Below the pieces are notes generated by a model. The model did no database searches. It was not told where the DNA came from and saw nothing but the letters and a program-made list of their open reading frames with translations. Shown one piece after another: positions 48,629-58,516 of a stretch of DNA of 64,000 bases. The stretch comes from an uncultured Tessaracoccus sp. GTDB lineage: Bacteria; Actinomycetota; Actinomycetes; Propionibacteriales; Propionibacteriaceae. Where the stretch lies: positions 5,478 to 69,477 of the forward strand of contig NZ_CAMYPD010000004.1 in assembly GCF_947286155.1 (NCBI RefSeq), read 5' to 3'. The first letter of the stretch is position 1. Every line of letters begins with the position of its first letter. The translations under genes and the position numbers were made by a program.

Positions 48629-49390
48629 TCAGCGAACTTCGAAGCCTGCCGAACGCAAGCCTTCCTTGACGTCAGTGATGCGCAAGGTGCCAAAGTGGAA
48701 CACGCTTGCGGCGAGCACGGCGTCGGCTCCGGCACGGGCTGCGTCGACGAAATGCTCGACGGTGCCAGCGCCGCCGGAGGCGATGATGGGGCAGGTGACG
48801 ACGTCGCGCACCGCCTTGATCATCTCGATGTCGAAGCCGTCTTTCGTGCCATCGGCGTCCATCGAGTTGAGCAGGATCTCTCCAACGCCGCGACGGGCCG
48901 CGTCGCGCGCCCAGGTGAGCAGGTCGATGCCGGCAGATTTGGTGCCACCGTGGGTGGTGACGCCGAATCCCGACGGCATGGGGGGATCTCGTCGGGCGTC
49001 GAGCGAGAGGATGAGCACCTGCCGGCCGAACCGCTCTCGGATCTCGTCGATGACGGTGGGGCGGGCGAGCGCGCCGGTATTGATACTCACCTTGTCGGCT
49101 CCGCAGCGCAAGAGCTGGTCGACGTCGTCCACGGACCTAACGCCACCGCCGACACCCAGCGGGATGAAGACGTTCTCCGCGCAGCGCTGCACGACATCGC
49201 GGGTGGTGCTGCGCCCCTCGGAGGAGGCTGAGACGTCGAGGAAAATGAGTTCGTCGGCGCCCTCGTCGTTGTACTTGGCAGCGAGTTCGACGGGGTCACC
49301 CGCGTCCCGCAGGTTCATGAAGTTCACACCTTTGACTACACGCCCGCCATCAACGTCGAGGCAAGGAATCACGCGCACGGAAACACCCAT
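48629..49390 (-). CDS. hisF: imidazole glycerol phosphate synthase cyclase subunit
   Basis: TIM-barrel HisF signature ([16 protein letters not shown]...GADKVSINT...). Confidence 0.9.
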   Translation of the reverse strand: MGVSVRVIPCLDVDGGRVVKGVNFMNLRDAGDPVELAAKYNDEGADELIFLDVSASSEGRSTTRDVVQRCAENVFIPLGVGGGVRSVDDVDQLLRCGADKVSINTGALARPTVIDEIRERFGRQVLILSLDARRDPPMPSGFGVTTHGGTKSAGIDLLTWARDAARRGVGEILLNSMDADGTKDGFDIEMIKAVRDVVTCPIIASGGAGTVEHFVDAARAGADAVLAASVFHFGTLRITDVKEGLRSAGFEVR

Positions 49391-49449
49391 GGGGAATAAC
49401 GTAGCGCCCCCGCCGATAAGGTGGTGTGGCTGTCGTCATTGCGAGACGG

Positions 49450-49489
49450 GATTTCGATACGCCCGCTACGCGGGCTACTCAATCACCGG
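49450..49489. repeat. 40-bp perfect direct repeat copy 1 (gatttcgatacgcccgctacgcgggctactcaatcaccgg)
   Basis: Identical to 49645..49684. Contains the small hairpin cccgc-tac-gcggg. Confidence 0.55.
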
Positions 49490-49644
49490 GGGGCGGCCAA
49501 CACCCGACCGTCGAGTAGGCCCGAAGGGCCGTATCGGGGCGTGCCGCGCGAAAAAACTTCATAATCCGTACGCAGATGCGATGAAGGGCCTGATTTAGGG
49601 GTGTTAGATCAATCTGCGTACGGATTTTGAAGTTCAAGGTGGGT

Positions 49645-49684
49645 GATTTCGATACGCCCGCTACGCGGGCTACTCAATCACCGG
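49645..49684. repeat. 40-bp perfect direct repeat copy 2
   Basis: See copy 1. The intervening 155 bp carries a 21-bp inverted repeat (49557..49577 / 49612..49632). Confidence 0.55.
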
Positions 49685-49696
49685 TTGAAACGGCAG

Positions 49697-52426
49697 TCAG
49701 TCGTCGCCCATCTCGGCGGCGATGACGCCGCGGCGCATCTGGTCGATCGCAAGGCGGGCGGTGCGGCGGAGGTCGCCGGGGCCGGCGGCCTGAGCCACCT
49801 GGCCGCAGAGGTCAATCACCTGGCGCACCCAGCGCACGAAGTCGCCCGGCGCGAGCGACGAGTTGCGCAGCACCTTCGCCAGTTCCTGGCCGCTCGCCCA
49901 GCGCCACACCGCAGACGCGAAACCAATGTCGAGGTCGCGAGCACGATCGCGACGGTGGCGCCGCTCGATGATGCCCACCTCACGCCACAGATTCCGAAGC
50001 TCGCTCTGGGTGCGCTCGCTGGCCGCGTCGGGCATGCGGGGGTGCTCCGCGTCGCGGCCAGGGCGCGATTCGTACACCAGCGAACTCAGCACGGCAGCGA
50101 GCTGCGCCGGGTCAAGCTCATTCAGAATCCCGCGACGAATCGCCTCCGCCGCGACGAGGTCGAGCTCGTTGTAGATGCGTCGCAACATCTGCCCAGCCTC
50201 GGTGAGCTCCTCACCGTCGAGGTATCCCAACTCCGTGAGCACATCGCAGACGTGATCAAACTGCACACCGAGCGAATTCGCGCGCCCCAACACCGACGCC
50301 TCCACCCGTTGCGACTCCCGCTCCAAGCGCAGAATCTTCGCCGCAGCAACAGCGTGAATCTCGCGGTCTTCACACGCATGGCACGGATGCACCCGGATCG
50401 CCTTGCGCAACCGCTGAATCTCCGCAGCGTGCGACTCATCGGTGGGCACGTCCTCCACATCGGGTGGCTCGAGCTCGTCGGTCTTCGCCGCAAGCGCCGC
50501 GATCAGCGCCCGCCTATCCGAGCGCTCCTTCAAGCGGAAACGCTTCGGCACCCGGATGCGCCCATGCGCGCTCACTGGCCCCGCGAAATTATGCGGTTCG
50601 AGCTTCAACACTGTGTGGTCTGCGGAGATCGTCTGCACCCACGGTTGCGCGCCCTTGGCCGGCTTCCTCCCAGTGCGAAGCGCCACGCTCCAGCCCTGCT
50701 TGGGCACCCAAATCACATCGCCCGGCAGCAGGCTCGCAATCGAATCGGCCGTCTGCGCCTGCCGCTCCGCCCGACGATGCTTCGCCGAACTGGCCTCAAG
50801 CCGCGACACGTCGTCGCGCAACTGCGCGTACTCCATGAAGTCACCCAGATGGCACTCCACGGTCTCCTGCAGCTCGGTGAGGTCGAGTTTCCGACGCCGG
50901 TCCTGACGCGCCGCCTGCACCACAGTCTTGTCGGTGAGGAACTGCGAGAACGACTGGTCCAACATCTCCCGCGCCCGCTCGCGCCCCATCGTCGCAATGA
51001 GGTTCACCGCCATGTTGTAGCTGGGCGCGAAGCTCGACTTCAACGGATACGTACGCTTCGACGCGAGCCCCGCCACCGCGCGCGGGTCCATGCCCGGCTG
51101 CCAGCACACGACGGCGTGCCCCTCCGTGTCAATGCCGCGCCTGCCCGCGCGCCCCGTCAGCTGGGTGTACTCCCCCGCCGTGATATCGACGTGCGCCTCG
51201 CCGTTGTACTTCGACAGCTTCTCCAGCACGACGGTGCGCGCCGGCATGTTGATGCCCAGCGCGAGGGTCTCCGTCGCAAACACGATCTTGAGCGCACCGC
51301 TCTGAAAGCCCTCTTCGACGATTGCCTTGAACGCTGGAATCTGGCCAGCATGATGGGCGGCCACCCCGTTGGTGAGCGCCAGGCGGAAATCCTCGTAGCC
51401 GAGCGCGTCGAGATCCGTCATCGACAGCGCGGCAGCATGCTTGTCGGCGATAGCCCCGAGCATGGCCGCTTCGTGCGGCTCGGTCAGCACCACGCCGGAG
51501 CGCAGCACCTGCTGGACAGCGCCGTCGCAACCGGCCCTCGAGAAGATGAAGTGGATCGCGGGCAGCAGTTTCGCGGACTGGAGCGCACGAGCCACATCCA
51601 CCCGGTTCGTGCGCGGCGTAGAGAACCGACGATGCGCCTCGCCGCCGAACTGCCCCCGACGTGGCTTACCGCGCCCGCTGCGCCCACGCGGATTGCGCGC
51701 GTCGTCGCGCACCCGCATCGACTCGTTCTTGCTCACCTTGAGCAACTCGCGGTTCACCTTCGCCGCCCGCTGCGACGGCGCCTCCTGCGCGGTGGGCGCG
51801 ACACCGTCGAACAAATCGACCAGCTTTCGCCCCACCAGCATGTGTTGGTACAGCGGCACGGGCCGACGTTCGCTCACGACGGTGGCGAACCCGCCGCGCA
51901 CCTCGTCGAGCCACGCGCCGAAATCTTCGACGTTGCTCACCGTCGCGGAGAGCGCCACGAGCTGCACAGAGTCCGCCAGGCCGAGAATCACTTCTTCCCA
52001 CACGGCGCCACGGAAGCGGTCGGCGAGGTAGTGCACCTCGTCCATCACGACGTAGCCGAGGTCGCGCAGCGTCGGCGACGCGGCGTAGATCATGTTGCGC
52101 AGCACCTCGGTGGTCATCACCACGATCTGTGCCTCGGAATTCACCGACTGGTCGCCCGTCAGCAGGCCGACGCGCTCGGGGCCGTACCGCGCCACGAGAT
52201 CGTGGTACTTCTGATTCGACAGCGCTTTGATCGGCGTGGTGTAGAAACATTTCCGGGATTCCTCGACCGCCATGAAGACGGCGAACTCCCCCACCACCGT
52301 CTTGCCCGCGCCGGTGGGCGCGGCCACGAGCACGCCCTTGGCGTCGGCGAGCGCCTTGCAGCCCTCGATCTGGTAGTCGTCGAGCGGAAACGAGTAGCCT
52401 TGCGCGAATTCGTTGATGAGGTTCAT
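49697..52426 (-). CDS. helY: Ski2-like DEAD/DEAH helicase HelY
   Basis: Motifs AAPTGAGKT and DEVH, plus a C-terminal DSHCT-like domain. Start refined to MNLINEFAQGY. Confidence 0.85.
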   Translation of the reverse strand: MNLINEFAQGYSFPLDDYQIEGCKALADAKGVLVAAPTGAGKTVVGEFAVFMAVEESRKCFYTTPIKALSNQKYHDLVARYGPERVGLLTGDQSVNSEAQIVVMTTEVLRNMIYAASPTLRDLGYVVMDEVHYLADRFRGAVWEEVILGLADSVQLVALSATVSNVEDFGAWLDEVRGGFATVVSERRPVPLYQHMLVGRKLVDLFDGVAPTAQEAPSQRAAKVNRELLKVSKNESMRVRDDARNPRGRSGRGKPRRGQFGGEAHRRFSTPRTNRVDVARALQSAKLLPAIHFIFSRAGCDGAVQQVLRSGVVLTEPHEAAMLGAIADKHAAALSMTDLDALGYEDFRLALTNGVAAHHAGQIPAFKAIVEEGFQSGALKIVFATETLALGINMPARTVVLEKLSKYNGEAHVDITAGEYTQLTGRAGRRGIDTEGHAVVCWQPGMDPRAVAGLASKRTYPLKSSFAPSYNMAVNLIATMGRERAREMLDQSFSQFLTDKTVVQAARQDRRRKLDLTELQETVECHLGDFMEYAQLRDDVSRLEASSAKHRRAERQAQTADSIASLLPGDVIWVPKQGWSVALRTGRKPAKGAQPWVQTISADHTVLKLEPHNFAGPVSAHGRIRVPKRFRLKERSDRRALIAALAAKTDELEPPDVEDVPTDESHAAEIQRLRKAIRVHPCHACEDREIHAVAAAKILRLERESQRVEASVLGRANSLGVQFDHVCDVLTELGYLDGEELTEAGQMLRRIYNELDLVAAEAIRRGILNELDPAQLAAVLSSLVYESRPGRDAEHPRMPDAASERTQSELRNLWREVGIIERRHRRDRARDLDIGFASAVWRWASGQELAKVLRNSSLAPGDFVRWVRQVIDLCGQVAQAAGPGDLRRTARLAIDQMRRGVIAAEMGDD

Positions 52427-53334
52427 GCGACGACCACCTGCAGCGCCCCAGAGTCGCACTCAAGCACAGCTGGGACGTCGCCGAGCTCCTCCCCGTCACC
52501 CATCAAAAAGACGCCGTCACCGTCGATATCCACCCGCTTCGCCCGCACCAATTCCACTGCGGGATGATCCACGAATTTCCCGGAGTACATGCTGGGCAGC
52601 ATCCGCAGCAGCGTGCCGCGCCCCACCTGGCCGACGAGCGTGAGGTCCAGGTACCCGTCGGTGGGGTCGGCGACGGGGCTCATGCGCATGCCGCCGCCGA
52701 TGATGCCGGTGTTGCACACCGCGACGAACATGCCTTCGAAGTGGCGCGGCTGGCCGTCGATCACCAGCCGATACTCCAGCGGCGTGAACCCCATGAGCTC
52801 ACGCATCGCGATCACACCGTAGCTGAGCGACCCGAAACGCAACCGGGTGTCGTTCGTCGCGCGGTTGACGCGCGCGTCGTAACCGGAGCTGACCGCAGCC
52901 CCAACGTAGCGCTCCCCCACGCTCTCGCTGCGCACCTTGGTGAGGTCGATGTGCTTAGTGCGACCTGCCGCGATGGCCGCGAGCGCAACCTCGATGTTCG
53001 TTATGCCGAGGGCTCGCGCGAAGTCGTTGCCCGTGCCTGCCGGAATGATCGCGAGCGTCGCGTCAGTGTGAGCGCAGCCGTTCAGGCCGAGGTGGGCCAT
53101 ACCGTCGCCGCCCACCACCGCGACGGTGTCGCCCTCTCGCGCGCTCGCTGCGGCGGCGCTGATGCGGGCTTCGGCGTCGACCCAACTCGTCGACGTGATG
53201 ACGAGCACTTCCGCCGACGGCAGCGTGGCGCGAAGTCGCTCGATGATCTTCGGCAGTTTCCGCCCGGCGCGGCCACCACCGGAGCGGGGGTTGACGACGA
53301 GCGTGACGAGCTGTGGCTTGGCGAGTTCGTTCAC
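52423..53334 (-). CDS. diacylglycerol kinase family lipid kinase
   Basis: DAGK_cat motif (VVGGDGMAHLGLNG...GTGNDFAR). Overlaps helY by 4 nt. Confidence 0.8.
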   Translation of the reverse strand: MNELAKPQLVTLVVNPRSGGGRAGRKLPKIIERLRATLPSAEVLVITSTSWVDAEARISAAAASAREGDTVAVVGGDGMAHLGLNGCAHTDATLAIIPAGTGNDFARALGITNIEVALAAIAAGRTKHIDLTKVRSESVGERYVGAAVSSGYDARVNRATNDTRLRFGSLSYGVIAMRELMGFTPLEYRLVIDGQPRHFEGMFVAVCNTGIIGGGMRMSPVADPTDGYLDLTLVGQVGRGTLLRMLPSMYSGKFVDHPAVELVRAKRVDIDGDGVFLMGDGEELGDVPAVLECDSGALQVVVA

Positions 53335-54128
53335 TGCGTTTCGGGGGCGTCGACGTCGGGGTTGAACTCTGCGTACGACTCCTCGGTGATGCCTCTGCGT
53401 TTATCGATGATGCGGCAGATGAGCTCTGCGACGAAGAACAGCAGTGTCATAGGAATGACGAGCGAGAGCATAGAGAAGGGATCGACGGTGGGAGTCACCA
53501 CCGCCGCGAAAATGGTGGAGCCCAGCACCACCATCTTGCGGTACTTGCCGAGCTGGAAGCCGTGCACCACGCCGCCGAGGTTCAGCATCACCAGGAGCAC
53601 CGGCAGCATGAACGAGACCCCGAACACGAGCATGATCATGACCTGCTTCTGCAGGAAATCCACCATGTCGAGCAGGTTCTTAATGTCGAAGCCCTGCGGG
53701 GTGAACCCCACCATGATTGCGACGCCGCGCGGCCAGACGATGTACCCCAGCCAACAGCCCAAGAGGAAGAGCGGGGTCGCCGCCGCGACGAACGTGAGGA
53801 CGTATTTCTTCTCTTTCTTCAGCAGCGCCGGGGCGAAGAAGGCCCAGATTTGGTAGAGCCAGATGGGGCTCGTGAACACCAACCCAGCGAGCAGACATGC
53901 CACCACGGCGAGCGTGAACGGCGACACCACGTTTTGCGCGGTGAGCACAATCTCCGCCGTGCCGTTCGTGTTCTCCTCCACCCATTGTTTGGCCTGGTTG
54001 AAGGGATTCGTCACGAACGGCACGAGGCGCTCATAGACGAAGCCACACGCAATCGCCCCGATCGCAATGGCGATGACGGAGACGGTCAGGCGATAGCGCA
54101 GCTCCCGGAGGTGATCCATGAGCGACAT
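53331..54128 (-). CDS. tatC: twin-arginine translocase subunit TatC
   Basis: MSLMDHLRELRYRL and six TM helices of the TatC family. Confidence 0.85.
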   Translation of the reverse strand: MSLMDHLRELRYRLTVSVIAIAIGAIACGFVYERLVPFVTNPFNQAKQWVEENTNGTAEIVLTAQNVVSPFTLAVVACLLAGLVFTSPIWLYQIWAFFAPALLKKEKKYVLTFVAAATPLFLLGCWLGYIVWPRGVAIMVGFTPQGFDIKNLLDMVDFLQKQVMIMLVFGVSFMLPVLLVMLNLGGVVHGFQLGKYRKMVVLGSTIFAAVVTPTVDPFSMLSLVIPMTLLFFVAELICRIIDKRRGITEESYAEFNPDVDAPETQ

Positions 54129-54212
54129 GGTTCCTCCGGGGCCACCCTTGGGAGGCCGTAGCCACGCGAAGCGGCTCGGCTTCGACGCTGTGTCAGATGA
54201 CAAGGCCAGTCT

Positions 54213-54452
54213 TTACTGCTCGGGGCGCTCGACAGGCTCGTCCACGGTCTGCGCGTCGGTGTGCGTCGGCGTGTACTTCGGCGCATCCACCGACTTCTGG
54301 TCGTCGTCCGTGGTGACCTCTTCCTTGAACTCGCGGATCGAGCGTCCGACACCCTTACCGACACCCGCGAGGCGCGAGCCTCCGAAGAGCACGAGCACCA
54401 CGATCAAGATGATGATGGCTTCGGGCCAGCCGATAAACAGTGGAATGGGCAT
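54213..54452 (-). CDS. tatA: twin-arginine translocase subunit TatA
   Basis: N-terminal TM helix, an amphipathic helix (GVGRSIREFKEE) and an acidic tail. Confidence 0.8.
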   Translation of the reverse strand: MPIPLFIGWPEAIIILIVVLVLFGGSRLAGVGKGVGRSIREFKEEVTTDDDQKSVDAPKYTPTHTDAQTVDEPVERPEQ

Positions 54453-54669
54453 GGTTACCGCCTTTCGTTACTTGGGACAGTGTAATCCCGTTTGGGCAAG
54501 GCCGCCTCTTCGAGGATGTCTTGCAGCCTGGTTACTCGCTCGGCCAGCAACCGGGCTTCGCTGCCGAAGCAACTCAGCTTCAGCTTCAACCGTGACGCGT
54601 AGGTGACAAGCACAATCAGCCCGGCGACACCTATCATCGCGAGGACCAGCGCAGACCAGATCATGGCAG

Positions 54670-55587
54670 TCAACGGTAGTACCCCAGCGCCTCGCGTGCC
54701 ATCTCCCGCGCCAAACGAGTGACGCGTTCGTCGGACACTTCCACGACAGCGCTTCCCAGCCGCAGCAGCAGTCGGGCAGCCCAGTCGAGTGAAACGAGCG
54801 GGAATGTGATGCGCCACAGCTCACCCACCTGCTCGCACGCGGTTGTCGGGTGGTAGTCGGCACACCACCTACCCGCCTGCGTAACCGTGATGGTCAGCTC
54901 GGTATGCGCGTCGCTGAACCAGGTGGCGAGCTCATCGGGCACCTCGCGCGGGGTGATGTGCTCATCGAGCAGCTCCACCTCGACGATGCGGTCCAGGCGG
55001 TAGGAACGCCACGCCTCACGCGTGCGGCTCCACGCGTCGAGGTAGGCGTAGCCGCGGTCGGTGCGCAGCCGCGTCGGCTCCACGATGGCCTCGCGCACCT
55101 CGCCCCGGCCTTCCCTGCGGTAGCTGAGCCAGCAGGCCACCCCCGTCGAGACGGCCTCGTGCAGCGTTGTCCGGACGTGTTCGTCGCCGGCGTCGACGTC
55201 GATCTCGACGCTCGCGGGCGCATCTTTCGACAGGGCTTCGAGCTTCGTGAGCGCCGACCTGGCGCCCGCGTCGTCGCCTCCCAGTTCCAACACCATGCGC
55301 AGCGCGACGATGAGGCTCGCGGCCTGCGCTCCGGTGAGGCGCATGGGGCGACCGAGTGCGTCGAGGTTGGTGGCGAAAATGTGTCCATCTTCCCGCGCAC
55401 CGCCCAGATCTACCTCGAACAGGTCGCCATAGAAGCCGCCGGGTAGCCCGACGAACTGCAGAATCGAGAGATCGGCGAGCACCCGCTGCTGGGTGATGCC
55501 GAACTCGTCGGCCACCTCTGCGACGGTCACCCCCGGGTGGGCGTTGAGGTACGGCACCAGGTGCACGAGGCGTTGCAGCTCAGTCAT
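54670..55587 (-). CDS. pafC: WYL-domain transcriptional regulator PafC
   Basis: HTH (LQRLVHLVPYLNAHPGVTVAEVADEFGIT) plus a WYL domain. Sits in the conserved pafBC-tatAC context. Confidence 0.75.
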   Translation of the reverse strand: MTELQRLVHLVPYLNAHPGVTVAEVADEFGITQQRVLADLSILQFVGLPGGFYGDLFEVDLGGAREDGHIFATNLDALGRPMRLTGAQAASLIVALRMVLELGGDDAGARSALTKLEALSKDAPASVEIDVDAGDEHVRTTLHEAVSTGVACWLSYRREGRGEVREAIVEPTRLRTDRGYAYLDAWSRTREAWRSYRLDRIVEVELLDEHITPREVPDELATWFSDAHTELTITVTQAGRWCADYHPTTACEQVGELWRITFPLVSLDWAARLLLRLGSAVVEVSDERVTRLAREMAREALGYYR

Positions 55588-56509
55588 GCGTGCCTCCGGC
55601 AAGGGCCGTGAGCCGTTCGACGACGGCCTCACGCAGGTGGTCAGGCGCGAGCACGAACGCGTCGGGGCCGGCCGCGCAGATTTCCGTGATAATCATGTCG
55701 TCATTGAAGCCCCGCACCTCGCGGGCGATGAAACCTTGAGGCAACGGATCTGGCCAGGTGGCTGGCGAGGAATCCGCGAGCAGCTCCGGAGCGTCTCGCA
55801 CCGCGATCACGGCGCTGGCCTGCGCGGATGTTGGCGCAAGGTATTCGGTGAGGTCGTCTGGCATGCGGAAGGCGCCGTCTGGCCCCACCGCGCGGGCCAC
55901 ACCGTCGATCCGGGAGAGCTTGAACCGTCTTGGCGCCTGCCGGTCGATGTCGAAGCCCAGCACCAGCCACAGGCCGCGTCGCTGCGAGAGCTGCCATGGT
56001 TGCACCCGACGCGTCCACCCGCCGTACTCAAATTCGACGCAGCGCCTCGCCAGCTGCGCTTCGTAGATGACATCGAACGAAGGTTCTGTCGCGGGAATGT
56101 GCGCGCGTACGTTCGGCAGTCGGTCGAGATCGGGCGCGGCCCCTGCTGCGCGCAGCCGCTGGATCGCCGTCGATGTGGCTTCTGCCCCGACGGAGGTCTG
56201 CCAGGCGTGCGCAGCAAGTCCGATGGCCACCAGCTCGTCGCGGGTGAACTCCACGTCGGGAAGTTCGAACTCGAGGCGGTCGATGCGGTACCCATCTTCG
56301 TCCGTTGAGTCGGGGTCGTTGCTGCCGGTGCGCAGCGGAATGCCGAGTGCGCGCAGCTCCGCCTTGTCGCGCTCGAAGGTGCGCTCGAAACTCGCGGTGC
56401 GGGCGTAGCCTTCGACCATCTCGCGGATCTCCGCTTTCGAGAGGAAGCGTTTCGTCGTCAGCAGCGCGATGAGCAAATTCAAAATGCGCTCCGACTTCGC
56501 GGCCGACAT
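55580..56509 (-). CDS. pafB: WYL-domain transcriptional regulator PafB
   Basis: ERILNLLIALLTTKRFLSKAEIRE HTH plus a WYL domain. Confidence 0.75.
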   Translation of the reverse strand: MSAAKSERILNLLIALLTTKRFLSKAEIREMVEGYARTASFERTFERDKAELRALGIPLRTGSNDPDSTDEDGYRIDRLEFELPDVEFTRDELVAIGLAAHAWQTSVGAEATSTAIQRLRAAGAAPDLDRLPNVRAHIPATEPSFDVIYEAQLARRCVEFEYGGWTRRVQPWQLSQRRGLWLVLGFDIDRQAPRRFKLSRIDGVARAVGPDGAFRMPDDLTEYLAPTSAQASAVIAVRDAPELLADSSPATWPDPLPQGFIAREVRGFNDDMIITEICAAGPDAFVLAPDHLREAVVERLTALAGGTHD

Positions 56510-56608
56510 CGCGCCCCTCCTTCCGTTGCTTGGGCGACGGTGATTCCTTGCAGAAGCCTACCTGCACCCATCGCCGTCGCGGCCCAACCGGGCGGCTACG
56601 GTGATGCA

Positions 56609-57487
56609 ATGCATGTGGATCGCTACGCCCCTTCCCCCACCTCCGACCTGCACCTCGGCAACCTCCGCACGGCGCTCGCCGGATGGCTGCTCGCTCGCGC
56701 GGCGGGTGGCCGGTGGTTGATGCGCGTGGAGGACCTCGACGAGGCCCGCGTGCGCGCCGCCGGAGACGCGGAGCGCCGCAACTTGGACGACCTGCGTCGG
56801 CTCGGACTCGACTGGGACGGCGAGGTGATCCGGCAATCCGAGCGCCACGACCTCTATCGCGACGCCGTCGCCTCACTCGGTGATCGCGTGTTCGAGTGCT
56901 TCTGCACGCGTCGCGAGCTCGCCGCGGCCGCCTCAGCGCCACACGGCGACGACGGGTTCCGTCCCTACCCGGGCACGTGCCTGCACCTCACCGACCGCGA
57001 GCGCGAGAAGCGACGAGCTGAGCGCCGCCCAGCGCTCAGAGTCAGGGCCGACGGCGCCACCTACCGGGTGCACGACCGCTTCGCAGGCGACGTGGAGGCC
57101 ACCGTCGACGACTTCGTGCTGGTCCGCGGCGATGGGCAGTTCGCGTACAACTTGGCGGTTGTCGTCGACGACATCGCCACCGGAGTGACGCACATCACTC
57201 GCGGCGACGACCTGCTGTCATCGGCTCCACGCCAAGCGTGGCTCACCGCTCAACTGGGCGGTGAGCCCGCGAGCTACACGCACGTCAGCCTCGTGATGGG
57301 CACCGACGGAGGGCGCCTCGCCAAGCGCAATGGAGGTGTCACGCTCGACGAGGCGGGCGGGCCGGGGGTGGTGTTCCCGTGGCTCGCGCAGTCGCTCGGG
57401 CTCGGCCCCTGCGGCGATGCCGCAGAAGCCCTCACCCGAATGCCTGCTGACTACGAGTTCTGGACGTCGAGAATATCGATCACGTAG
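56609..57487 (+). CDS. gluQ: glutamyl-Q tRNA(Asp) synthetase
   Basis: Class I aaRS HIGH-like motif (SPTSDLHLGNLRTAL) and truncated GluRS catalytic domain length. Confidence 0.8.
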   Translation: MHVDRYAPSPTSDLHLGNLRTALAGWLLARAAGGRWLMRVEDLDEARVRAAGDAERRNLDDLRRLGLDWDGEVIRQSERHDLYRDAVASLGDRVFECFCTRRELAAAASAPHGDDGFRPYPGTCLHLTDREREKRRAERRPALRVRADGATYRVHDRFAGDVEATVDDFVLVRGDGQFAYNLAVVVDDIATGVTHITRGDDLLSSAPRQAWLTAQLGGEPASYTHVSLVMGTDGGRLAKRNGGVTLDEAGGPGVVFPWLAQSLGLGPCGDAAEALTRMPADYEFWTSRISIT

Positions 57488-58500
57488 ACGAGAGTCTGGC
57501 CCGGTTCGAGGGCGGGCGCCGTCGTGCGGCCCTCGGGGTAGGCCAGCGCGGGCGGTACTACCAGCAGCACCCGAGAGCCCGCGGTGGCGCCGACGAGGCC
57601 CTTCTTCCAGCCCTCGATGAGCCCTGAGAGGTGGCCCGTCTGGGGAGCCCACGCGTCCTCAAATTCCTTGCCGTCGGCCCACTTCCAGGAGCGGTACTTC
57701 ACCTGCACGATGCTCTTCGCGGTGACCTCGGTGCCGGAGCCCTTGATGAGCGTGGCCTTCTTGAGCTCGCCCGGTGCTTGTGCATTGGTGTCGACCTTCG
57801 CGGTGGGCACACCTTTCGCATCAACGCTCACCGGAGGCATCCCCTCGACGGGAGGCTGCTCCTCGCCGATGGCCTCCTCGAAGTTGGCCGAGACGATGTC
57901 GACGACGAATAGTAGCGAGTCGCCCGGCTTGATCGAGCCATCCGCGTTGCCCTCGGGGTACCCGTCGGAGCTGGGCATGCCGATGAGCACACGCGAGCCG
58001 ACGGTCTGCCCGTCGAGCCCCTTCCTAAAGCCCGGCATCACCTGGCCGAGCGCGAAGGTGAGCGGAGAGCCGGACTCGTACGACGAGTCGAAGACCTTGC
58101 CCGTCGACCCGTTCACACCGACGTAGTTGACGGTGACCACCGAATCCTGCGTGAGCTTCTGCTTGCCATCCGAGGGCTTGAGCACCTTCGTCGTGGTTTC
58201 CTTAATGGCCCACGGCGCCGTGAACTTGATCTCAGGCGTGTCACCGTCGGTCACAGTGATGCCCTCCAGATCAGTGGATGGCTGCACACTGACGCTCGGC
58301 TCCGCTGAGGCAGACTCGGATGTCGACGGCGACGCCGACGGGGAACTCGACTCCTGGGCCGTAGCCGACGCAGACGCCGACGCGCTCGGCAGAGTCGTCT
58401 CCGTGTCGGTGCCCTCCGACGGAGAGCACGAGGTGAGCAGGGCAATGGACGTCACCGCAGCCAGTGCGATGGAGAAAACCTTCGATATTGACACGCGCAC
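57451..58500 (-). CDS. FKBP-type peptidyl-prolyl isomerase lipoprotein (two FKBP domains)
   Basis: Lipobox LLTSCS, a Ser/Ala-rich linker, and two FKBP domains (VNYVGVNGSTGKVFDSSY...; VQVKYRSWKWADGKEFEDAW...). Confidence 0.8.
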   Translation of the reverse strand: MRVSISKVFSIALAAVTSIALLTSCSPSEGTDTETTLPSASASASATAQESSSPSASPSTSESASAEPSVSVQPSTDLEGITVTDGDTPEIKFTAPWAIKETTTKVLKPSDGKQKLTQDSVVTVNYVGVNGSTGKVFDSSYESGSPLTFALGQVMPGFRKGLDGQTVGSRVLIGMPSSDGYPEGNADGSIKPGDSLLFVVDIVSANFEEAIGEEQPPVEGMPPVSVDAKGVPTAKVDTNAQAPGELKKATLIKGSGTEVTAKSIVQVKYRSWKWADGKEFEDAWAPQTGHLSGLIEGWKKGLVGATAGSRVLLVVPPALAYPEGRTTAPALEPGQTLVYVIDILDVQNS

Positions 58501-58516
58501 GATGGTACCCCGATCC

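Noticed and set aside
49450-49684. 40-bp direct repeats as a CRISPR array
   Set aside because: There are only two copies, the spacer is 155 bp, and there are no cas genes. The spacer contains its own inverted repeat. Reported instead as a repeat element.
49643-52567. 974-aa plus-strand ORF
   Set aside because: Antisense shadow of helY, which has clear helicase motifs. The product is an Arg/His-rich low-complexity sequence.
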